Of a DNA stretch of 64,000 nt, positions 55,109-62,879 are shown in pieces. Each line of letters opens with the position of its first letter. Positions within the stretch are counted from its first letter, which is position 1. Position numbers and translations under genes: made by a program. Origin of the DNA: Candidatus Aldehydirespirator sp. (GTDB lineage: Bacteria; Actinomycetota; Acidimicrobiia; Acidimicrobiales; Aldehydirespiratoraceae); NCBI GenBank assembly GCA_965220645.1, contig OZ244836.1, positions 1,295,521 to 1,359,520 on the forward strand. The letters run 5' to 3'. The notes beneath the pieces were generated by a model. It made no database searches, was not told the DNA's origin, and was given only the letters and a program-made list of their open reading frames with translations.

Positions 55109-56449
55109 GTGTCGGGGGCGGCGGCTGGGGTGGGGCATTGCGCTCCGGGCGGTGACCGTGGTGTACTTCGCGCGGTGAGAACGCTCGATAGCAGCGCCCG
55201 CTTCGTCGGTGAAGAGTTCTGGGCGGGGACCCGCCGACCGCTGGAGCAGGCGACCGGCCTCCCGCCCGTCGCCTACACCGGCGACGACTTCTTCGCGGTG
55301 GAGCAGCGCCGCCTGTTTGCCCGGTCCTGGGTTGCGGTGGCCTCCGCGGCCGAAGTGGCCGAGCCGGGGCGCCTGCTGGTGCGCTCCGTGGGCGGCACGT
55401 CGGTGCTCATAACCGGGGATCGCGACGGCGTGTTGAGGGGCTTCGTCAACTCGTGCCGTCACCGGGGCACCGAACTGGCCTCCGAGGACTGCACGGTCTC
55501 GCGGATGATCCGGTGCCCCTACCACCGCTGGGGATACGCCCTCGACGGCTCCCTGGTGGCGTCCCCGCTGTTCGACGAGGTGCCCCGCCCGGACTTCGAT
55601 CCGGCTGAGCTGTCGCTGCTTCCCGTGCGGGTGGAAGTCTGGGGTTTGGATGTGTTCGTCTGCCTGGACGGGCACACTCCGCCGCTGGCCCAGTGGCTGG
55701 GCGACCTGCCCGAGCGCATGGCCGGCTACAGCTTCGAAGGCTGGGCCGTCCACGAGAAGTGCACATTCGACGTGGCCGCCAACTGGAAGCTGATCACCGA
55801 GAACTTCCAGGAGTACTACCACCTGGCCTGGGTCCATCCCGAGCTGGCCAAGGTGTCCCGGGTTCGGGACCACTACCGCTATCAGGGGCCGGGCCTGTAC
55901 TGCGGCCAGACCACCACGCCGGTGTCGAGCGACGAGCGCGACGACTGGCTGGTGCTGCCGCCCGCACCCGGGCTGGACTCATCCGACAGCGTCAGCGGGC
56001 GGTTCGTGGCCGTGTTCCCCAACCTGACGCTGGCGGTGCTGCCCGGCCACGCCTTCGTGATCCGTCTCGAACCGCTGTCGTCGGGCACCACCCGAGAGCA
56101 CTGCACTCTGCTGCTGCCCTCGTCCACGCCGTCGGAGCAGTACGGCGACGCCGCGGCCGAGACGCTCAAGTTCTGGATCGAGGTGAACAACGAGGACATC
56201 GACATCTGCGAGCGGGCCCACCGGGGACTGTCGCTCGGCGGGGTGCCGCCCGGGCCGCTGTCGCCGCGCTTCGAGGAGCCCCTGCACCGCTTCCAGAACA
56301 TGGTGGCCGACTGCCTCACCGCCGATTCGCTCGCCGACGGTTTGAGGATCCCGCCCGGGGACGGCCCCGACGACGGCGCCCTCTTCGGATGCGGGCCGAA
56401 CCCGGCGCTTCCCGCCATCGACGCCCGCCGGTGGTCGATTCCGGACTGA
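55109..56449 (+). CDS. Rieske [2Fe-2S] non-heme-iron oxygenase, alpha-subunit-like (2)
   Basis: Rieske motif CRHRGTEL...CPYHRWGY and a mononuclear-iron region EYYHLAWVHPE. The start is uncertain (GTG 55109 or GTG 55175). Confidence 0.85.
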   Translation: MSGAAAGVGHCAPGGDRGVLRAVRTLDSSARFVGEEFWAGTRRPLEQATGLPPVAYTGDDFFAVEQRRLFARSWVAVASAAEVAEPGRLLVRSVGGTSVLITGDRDGVLRGFVNSCRHRGTELASEDCTVSRMIRCPYHRWGYALDGSLVASPLFDEVPRPDFDPAELSLLPVRVEVWGLDVFVCLDGHTPPLAQWLGDLPERMAGYSFEGWAVHEKCTFDVAANWKLITENFQEYYHLAWVHPELAKVSRVRDHYRYQGPGLYCGQTTTPVSSDERDDWLVLPPAPGLDSSDSVSGRFVAVFPNLTLAVLPGHAFVIRLEPLSSGTTREHCTLLLPSSTPSEQYGDAAAETLKFWIEVNNEDIDICERAHRGLSLGGVPPGPLSPRFEEPLHRFQNMVADCLTADSLADGLRIPPGDGPDDGALFGCGPNPALPAIDARRWSIPD

Positions 56450-56482
56450 TCGGCGCGAGCCGGCTGGCAGGGAAGGCCTGAA

Positions 56483-59035
56483 ATGAAGACCGGCGCGCAG
56501 GTTGTGGTGGTAGGCGGGGGAGTGGTGGGCGCCAGCGTGCTCTACCACCTCACCAAGGCGGGCTGGATCGATGTGGTGCTGGTGGAGCGCACCGAGCTCA
56601 CCGCCGGCTCCACCTGGCACAGCGCGGGCGGCATGCACACCCTCAACGGCGACCCCAATGTGGCCCGTCTCCAGCGGTACACCATTGAGCTCTACGCCGA
56701 GATCGAGCGGATCTCCGGTCAGGACTGCGGCATCCACATGCCCGGCGGCGTCATGCTGGCCGACACGCCCGAGCGGCTCGACTGGCTCAAGATGACCCAC
56801 GCCCGGGGCCGCTACCTCGGGATGGAGACCGAGCTGGTGTCGGTGGCCGAGGCGGCCGAACTGGTCCCGCTGATCGACACCCAGCACTTCGTGGGCGCCC
56901 TGGTCGACGCCCACGAGGGCCACGTCGACCCGGCCGGGGTGACCCATGCCTTCGCCCGGGCGGCCCGGCTCGCGGGCGCCGAGGTGTACCGCAACTGCTG
57001 GGCCCGGTCCATCGAGCGCCGCCGCGACGGAGGCTGGCGGGTGCTGCTGTACGACACCGCCAGCGGCGAGGACCTCGGCGCCATCGACTGCGAGCACGTG
57101 GTGAACTGCGGGGGCCTGTGGGCCCGCGAGGTGGGCCGCATGGTGGGGCTGGAGCTTCCGGTGCTGGCTATGGAGCACACCTACCTGGTCACCGAGCCGC
57201 TTGAGGAGGTGATCGAGCACAACCGGCGGACCGGTTCGCGACTGAGGCACGTGATCGACTTCGGCGGCGAGATCTACATGCGCCAGGAGGGCGAGGGCAT
57301 GCTGCTGGGCACCTACGAGCAGGCCTGCCTGCCGTGGTCGCCCCGCCAGACGCCGTGGGACTTCTCCATGCGGCTCCTGCCGTCGGACCTGGACCGCATC
57401 GCCGACTCGCTGGAGGTCGCCTTCGCTCACTTCCCCGCGCTTGCTGCGGCCGGGATCCAGCGGGTGGTGAACGGGCCGTTCACGTTCGCGCCCGACGGCA
57501 ACCCGCTGATCGGGCCCGTGCGCGGCCTGCCGGGGTACTGGACGGCGTGCGGGGTGATGGCCGGGCTGTCCCAGTGCGGCGGGGTGGGGCTGTCGGTGGC
57601 CAACTGGATCACGGCAGAGGATCCCGGCTTCGACGTGTGGGCCATGGATGTCGCCCGCTTCGGGGACCACGCCACGCTCGCCTACACCAACACCAAGGTG
57701 AAGGAGAACTACGCGCGGCGGTTCCGGATCACGTTTCCCAACGAGTTCCTGCCCGAGGGGCGGGGCGTGCAGACGTCGCCCATACACGACCGGTTGGCCG
57801 ATTCCAACGCGGTGTGGGGCGACGCCTTCGGGCTGGAGTCGGCGCTGTGGTTCCAGGACCCCGGTCTGGAGCCCGTCGAGGAGGTCACGTTCGGCCGGTC
57901 CAATGCCTGGGACCGGGTGCGGGCCGAGACGCTGGCCGTGCGGGCCGCAGTGGGCATGATGGAGACCACCGGCTTCGCCAAGTTCCTGGTGCAGGGACCG
58001 AGGGCCAGGGCGTGGCTCGACCGGCTGCTGGCAGGGCGGATACCGGTACCGGGCCGGATGGCGCTGACGCCGATGACCAACCCGGCGGGGAACCTGGCCG
58101 GCGACCTGACAGTGGCGTGCCTGCCGGCCGCGCTTGGCCGGGCCGAGGGACCGGCGGGCACGGTGGTGGGCGGAGTCACCGGCAACGTGCGGGTTGGCGA
58201 GCAGTTCGTGTTGTTCGGGTCCGGAATCGCCGAGCGCTACTACGAGCGCTGGTTCGACGACTGGCTGCCGGAGGACGGCTCGGTGAGCTACCAGACCCTG
58301 GGGGCTGAGATGTGCGGTCTGGCCATCGCCGGACCTGCCTCGCGGGCGCTGCTGGCAGAAGTCACCGACGCCGACGTGTCCGCTCACGGGATGCGGTTCA
58401 TGGCTTTCGCAGAGCTGGACTTGGGGTTGGCTCCGGTGTGGTGCGGACGGATCAGCTTCACCGGTGATCTGGGCTACGAGCTGTGGATGCCGGCCCGCTA
58501 CCAGCGCTACGTGTTCGACCTGCTGCGAGAGGCGGGTACCGCGCACGGGCTGGAGTTGTTCGGGCTGCACGCGCTGAACTCGCTGCGCCTGGAGAAGGGC
58601 TTCGGGTCCTGGGTTCGCGAGTTCCGGCCCGACTACGACCCGTTCGAAGCCGGTCTGGGCCGCTTCGTGCGCATGGAGAAGGACTTCGTGGGGCGCGATG
58701 CGTTGGCCGCCAAGCACGGCGAAGGTGGCCCGCCGGGTGAGGTGGCTGCGACCGGCTTGCGTCTGTGCACCTGGACGGTCGAGACCGAGCCGGGCCGAGC
58801 CGGTTTCGACGTGATCGGCGACGAGCCCGTGTGGCATGACGGCGAGGTGGTGGGCTGGGTCACCTCCGGCGGCTACGCCCACCACAGCGAGGTGTCGGTG
58901 GCCATGGGCTACGTCCCCGCCGAGCTGGCCGACTCCCCCGGCCGCTTCGAGATGGAGATAGTCGGCACCCGCCGCCCCGCCAAGCCGGTGGACGGCTGCC
59001 TCTGGGACCCCGAAGGCAACCGCATGAGGGGCTGA
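56483..59035 (+). CDS. FAD-dependent oxidoreductase fused to a GcvT domain (dimethylglycine/sarcosine dehydrogenase-like), paralog 2
   Basis: 850 aa. N-terminal VVVVGGGVVGASVLYHLTKAGW and a C-terminal GcvT-like region (ISFTGDLGYELW). Confidence 0.9.
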   Translation: MKTGAQVVVVGGGVVGASVLYHLTKAGWIDVVLVERTELTAGSTWHSAGGMHTLNGDPNVARLQRYTIELYAEIERISGQDCGIHMPGGVMLADTPERLDWLKMTHARGRYLGMETELVSVAEAAELVPLIDTQHFVGALVDAHEGHVDPAGVTHAFARAARLAGAEVYRNCWARSIERRRDGGWRVLLYDTASGEDLGAIDCEHVVNCGGLWAREVGRMVGLELPVLAMEHTYLVTEPLEEVIEHNRRTGSRLRHVIDFGGEIYMRQEGEGMLLGTYEQACLPWSPRQTPWDFSMRLLPSDLDRIADSLEVAFAHFPALAAAGIQRVVNGPFTFAPDGNPLIGPVRGLPGYWTACGVMAGLSQCGGVGLSVANWITAEDPGFDVWAMDVARFGDHATLAYTNTKVKENYARRFRITFPNEFLPEGRGVQTSPIHDRLADSNAVWGDAFGLESALWFQDPGLEPVEEVTFGRSNAWDRVRAETLAVRAAVGMMETTGFAKFLVQGPRARAWLDRLLAGRIPVPGRMALTPMTNPAGNLAGDLTVACLPAALGRAEGPAGTVVGGVTGNVRVGEQFVLFGSGIAERYYERWFDDWLPEDGSVSYQTLGAEMCGLAIAGPASRALLAEVTDADVSAHGMRFMAFAELDLGLAPVWCGRISFTGDLGYELWMPARYQRYVFDLLREAGTAHGLELFGLHALNSLRLEKGFGSWVREFRPDYDPFEAGLGRFVRMEKDFVGRDALAAKHGEGGPPGEVAATGLRLCTWTVETEPGRAGFDVIGDEPVWHDGEVVGWVTSGGYAHHSEVSVAMGYVPAELADSPGRFEMEIVGTRRPAKPVDGCLWDPEGNRMRG

Positions 59036-59094
59036 ATCACACAATTTCATGCAATTGAGTTGTCCTCTGAAATTGCACGAGCTACGGTCGTGTC

Positions 59095-59349
59095 GTGGAC
59101 ATCAACACGGTCTCGCAGATTGTGACAGTCGTGCTGGCCGTGCTTGCCATCATCTGGCACCAGCAGCGATCTACCGACAAGCTGCGTGACAGATTGGATG
59201 CATCCGACCAGGAGCACCGAGTTGGTTTGGGCGAGGTGAAGGAGCGACTGGCCCGGATCGAGGGCTTCCTCGGGATAGGCATGCCAAAGGCCGCGAGGCC
59301 GGAAGCTCCTGGAGCGGCCTGGGTGTCCGACCGGCCCGAGCCGGACTAG
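59095..59349 (+). CDS. Small single-TM protein (84 aa), tandem paralog 1
   Basis: Reads MDINTVSQIVTVVLAVLAIIWHQQRSTDKLRDRL...RLARIEGFLGIGMP. Has a GTG start. Coding status is inferred mainly from conservation with the neighbouring paralog. Confidence 0.5.
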   Translation: MDINTVSQIVTVVLAVLAIIWHQQRSTDKLRDRLDASDQEHRVGLGEVKERLARIEGFLGIGMPKAARPEAPGAAWVSDRPEPD

Positions 59350-59357
59350 GACTAGCC

Positions 59358-59588
59358 ATGGATCTCAACACGGTCACGCAGTTGGTGACGGCAGCGTTGG
59401 CCGTGCTTGCCGTCATCTGGCACCACCAGCGCACCACCAGCAAGCTGCGTAACCGTCTAGTCAACGTGGAGCACCGGTTAGCTCGGATGGAAGGCTTCTT
59501 GGGAATCGGCATGCCTGCCGCGGCAGCCGCAAAGGCACCCGGGGCGGACCTGGCCCGCAAGCGTCCCGAAGACTCCGAGGAGGCCTGA
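59358..59588 (+). CDS. Small single-TM protein (76 aa), tandem paralog 2
   Basis: Reads MDLNTVTQLVTAALAVLAVIWHHQRTTSKLRNRL...RLARMEGFLGIGMP. It has the same architecture as 59095..59349. Confidence 0.5.
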   Translation: MDLNTVTQLVTAALAVLAVIWHHQRTTSKLRNRLVNVEHRLARMEGFLGIGMPAAAAAKAPGADLARKRPEDSEEA

Positions 59589-59654
59589 ACACCTGACGCC
59601 GACCGCGGCCATGTAGCAGCGGTAGTGACGTACCCGCGGGGTACGGTCTGACAT

Positions 59655-62600
59655 GTGAGCGAAGCGGGCGGCGGGGACCTGTTCATCGTCGACAACAGCG
59701 TCTCGGGCTGGACAGGGCTGGAGTACCTGAGCCAGTGGACCGACCTGGCCCGATCATTCGACATCGCCACCGGGTTCTTTGAGATCGGGGCACTGCTAGC
59801 GCTTGACGGCAAGTGGCAGCAGCTGGAGAAGATCCGCCTGTTGATGGGCGACGAGGTGTCGTTGCAGACCCATAAGGCGTTCAAGCAGGCGCTGAGCCAA
59901 CGGGTAGGCCGCCTTGATGACAGTCTGGAGCACGAGAAGAGCCCGAACCCGTTCTTGGAGGGTGTCGAGGCCGTGGTCGAGGCCATTGCTACGGGCCGGA
60001 TCGAGTGCCGGGTGTACCGGCGCGGCAAGTTCCACGCCAAGGCCTACATCACCCACGCCAAGTTCGATGTGGTGGGCGCGCAGGCGCTGGTGGGATCGAG
60101 CAACTTCACCAAGCCGGGGCTGACCCGCAATGTGGAGTTGAACATCCAGGTCCAGAGCGGCCGCGAGGTCGCCCAACTCCAGGACTGGTTCGAAACGCAT
60201 TGGGACGCGGCGGAGGACGTCACCGCCGACATGCTGAGTACCATCACCCGCCACACCGCCGAGTTCAAGCCGTTCGACGTGTACGCCAGGGCGTTGCACG
60301 AATTCTTCCGGGGCCGGGAGCTCACGGCGGGGGAGTGGGACGAGTCGCAGTCGCGCATGTTCGGTCAACTCGACCGCTATCAGCAGGAGGCGTACTGGTC
60401 TCTGATGAAGATCTCCCGCCAGCACAGCGGGGCGTTCCTGTGCGACGGGGTGGGCCTCGGCAAGACGTTCGTGGGGCTGATGCTGATCGAGCGGCTGGTC
60501 CTGCACGAGAACAAGCGGGTGGTGCTGTTCGCTCCGAAGGCAGCCCGCGAGGGCGTCTGGGAGCCGCATCTGCGCCGGTGGCTGCCTCACATTGGTGGCG
60601 TCGGCGGGGGCGCGGACTTCTCCAGCCTCAGCGTGTTCAGCCACACCGACCTCGGCCGGGGCAACGACTTTCCGGAGCGGTTCCGGCGCATCACCGATCT
60701 GGCCGACGCGGTGATCGTCGATGAGGTCCACCATTTCCGCAACCGCGGCAGCCGAGGCGACGACACTCCCGACGGCGGACGCGGCCTCGGTGGCAGGACC
60801 GGAACCGACGACGACGGGCAGGACCGCCGCTCGCGCTACTGGCGCCTGTTCGACATGCTGGACGGCTCGGTCCGGCCCAAGCTGATGTTCCTGCTCACCG
60901 CCACCCCGGTCAACAACCGTCTGGCCGACTTCCGGCACATGGCCGAACTGTTCACCCGAGGCGACGAGGCCTTCTTCGCCCGCAGCCTTGGCGTGAACAA
61001 TCTCTCGGGCCATTTCAACGTGATGGAGCGAGCCCTTCAGAGCGCCCTCGCCCGTGGCGACGGGGCAGCGCCCGACGCCGTCGGTTCAGCCTTCGCGGAG
61101 GGGATGACTCCCGAGGCCCAGGAGGCGCTCGCAACGGACGAGGTGTTCAAGGCTCTGGTCGTGCAGCGCAGCCGGTCCTATGCCAAGGCCAGCCAGATCC
61201 AGCAGCGCGGCGAGTCGACCGCGTTCCCCGAGCGCAAGCCGCCCCAGGTGGCCGAGTACTCGATCCGCTCGTCGTACCGGGAAGTGCTCGACATGTTCGA
61301 CAGGGCTTTCCGGCGCCAGCAGCCCCTGTTCTCGCTGTCCATCTACTACCCGCTGGCCTACTACGTCGGCCCCGACGACATCAATCCCGTGGAGGAGAAC
61401 CGCCAGCGCCAGGTGGTGGGCCTGATCCGCACGATGTTCCTCAAGCGCTTCGAGAGCTCGGTGTACGCCTTCGAGAAGTCGCTGGACCGGCTGATGCGCA
61501 AGCTGCTGGCCTTCGTGGAGGTCCACAGCGAGCCCGGCGCTGAGAGGGACTGCTTCGACGCCTGGATGCGTCAACACGCGGCCGTGCTCGGTTTCAGTCC
61601 CGAGGTCCAGCTCGGCCTCGATCTCGACGGCACCGGCGAAGCGGACGAGGACGACGAAGAGGAGGACGTGATCCCGCCCGAGCTGTTGGAAGCGGTCACC
61701 GAGCTGTCCCGTAGCGACTACGACGTGGTGGCCATACTCGACAAGACGTTCGAGGACCTCGACGAGATCGCCCGCTTCCTCGACGCCGCCAGCCGGCTGA
61801 CCCCGGAGCAGGACGACAAGGTGCGCAAACTGGTCCGGCTGTTGCACACCAAGGACCTGGCTGGTCGCAAGGTGTTGGTGTTCACTGAATTTGCCGACAC
61901 CGCCCGTTATGTGGAGTCGCACCTACGCGCCGCCGGCGTCGACGGCCTTGTGCGCATTGACAGCGGCTCCAAGGTGGACCGTGCCGAGGTGATCCGCCGG
62001 TTCTCGCCCTACTACAACGCCAGCAGCACAGCGGAACTCGCCGCCGGAGGCCTCGACGAGATCCGGGTGCTGGTTTCCACCGACGTGCTGTCGGAGGGGC
62101 TCAACCTCCAGGACGCCACCAGGCTCGTCAACTACGACCTTCACTGGAACCCGGTGCGGCTCATGCAGCGCATCGGTCGTGTGGACCGTCGCATGAGCCC
62201 CGACGTGGAGCAGCGCCTGGCCGTCGACCATCCCGAGACGGCGGCAGAACGCGGCACTGTGCGGTTCTGGAACTTCCTGCCCCCCGACGAGCTCGAGAGG
62301 ATCCTCGAGCTGTATGAGAAGGTCGCGGGAAAGACGCTGCTGATCTCCCATACTCTCGGCATCGAGGGCCGCAAGCTGCTGCGCCCCGACGACGCCTACG
62401 ACCCGCTGCGCGAGTTCAACGCCAGCTACGAGGGCACCAGGACTGCCGCCGAGGAGATGCACCTGGAGTACCAGGCCCTGCTCCAGCGCCACCCCGACCT
62501 GGCCGAGCGCCTGGACGCCTTGCCCGGCTCGGTGTTCTCGGGCCGCCGCAAGCTCGCCAAGGGTGTCCGCGGCGTGTTCTTCTGCTACTCCCTCCCTGCT

Positions 62601-62879
62601 CTCGACGCGCAGAGCGGCGCGTTCACGCTGGAGGCCGGCCCCACCCGCTGGTACCTCTACGGCATTGGCGAAGACTCGATCGTTGAGTCGCCCGGTGACA
62701 TCGTTGAGAGCATCCGCTCGAAGCCCAACACCCCCCGGCGCTGCACCACTGAGCGCGCCACCCTCAAGCAGGTGCGCGACAAGGTTCTGCGCCATGTGCG
62801 CGATTCGTACCTCAAGCGGGTCAACGCCCCCATGGACGCGCCCGAGCCGAAGCTGCGCTGCTGGATGGAGCTGAACTGA
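59655..62879 (+). CDS. PLD-family (HKD) nuclease domain fused to an SNF2-family helicase
   Basis: 1074 aa. HKD motif FHAKAYITH...LVGSSNFTKPG. SNF2 motifs CDGVGLGKTF (I), VIVDEVHHFRN (II), LLTATPVNN (III) and STDVLSEGLNLQDA...HWNPVRLMQRIGRVDR (V/VI). Confidence 0.9.
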   Translation: MSEAGGGDLFIVDNSVSGWTGLEYLSQWTDLARSFDIATGFFEIGALLALDGKWQQLEKIRLLMGDEVSLQTHKAFKQALSQRVGRLDDSLEHEKSPNPFLEGVEAVVEAIATGRIECRVYRRGKFHAKAYITHAKFDVVGAQALVGSSNFTKPGLTRNVELNIQVQSGREVAQLQDWFETHWDAAEDVTADMLSTITRHTAEFKPFDVYARALHEFFRGRELTAGEWDESQSRMFGQLDRYQQEAYWSLMKISRQHSGAFLCDGVGLGKTFVGLMLIERLVLHENKRVVLFAPKAAREGVWEPHLRRWLPHIGGVGGGADFSSLSVFSHTDLGRGNDFPERFRRITDLADAVIVDEVHHFRNRGSRGDDTPDGGRGLGGRTGTDDDGQDRRSRYWRLFDMLDGSVRPKLMFLLTATPVNNRLADFRHMAELFTRGDEAFFARSLGVNNLSGHFNVMERALQSALARGDGAAPDAVGSAFAEGMTPEAQEALATDEVFKALVVQRSRSYAKASQIQQRGESTAFPERKPPQVAEYSIRSSYREVLDMFDRAFRRQQPLFSLSIYYPLAYYVGPDDINPVEENRQRQVVGLIRTMFLKRFESSVYAFEKSLDRLMRKLLAFVEVHSEPGAERDCFDAWMRQHAAVLGFSPEVQLGLDLDGTGEADEDDEEEDVIPPELLEAVTELSRSDYDVVAILDKTFEDLDEIARFLDAASRLTPEQDDKVRKLVRLLHTKDLAGRKVLVFTEFADTARYVESHLRAAGVDGLVRIDSGSKVDRAEVIRRFSPYYNASSTAELAAGGLDEIRVLVSTDVLSEGLNLQDATRLVNYDLHWNPVRLMQRIGRVDRRMSPDVEQRLAVDHPETAAERGTVRFWNFLPPDELERILELYEKVAGKTLLISHTLGIEGRKLLRPDDAYDPLREFNASYEGTRTAAEEMHLEYQALLQRHPDLAERLDALPGSVFSGRRKLAKGVRGVFFCYSLPALDAQSGAFTLEAGPTRWYLYGIGEDSIVESPGDIVESIRSKPNTPRRCTTERATLKQVRDKVLRHVRDSYLKRVNAPMDAPEPKLRCWMELN

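Noticed and set aside
53360-59050. Very long minus-strand ORFs 53360..55873 (837 aa) and 55979..59050 (1023 aa).
   Set aside because: They are antisense to three well-supported plus-strand genes (MttB-family, Rieske oxygenase, DMGDH-like). Their translations are low-complexity and rich in Arg, Gly, Pro, His and Val, with no recognisable motifs. These are typical shadow ORFs of GC-rich DNA.
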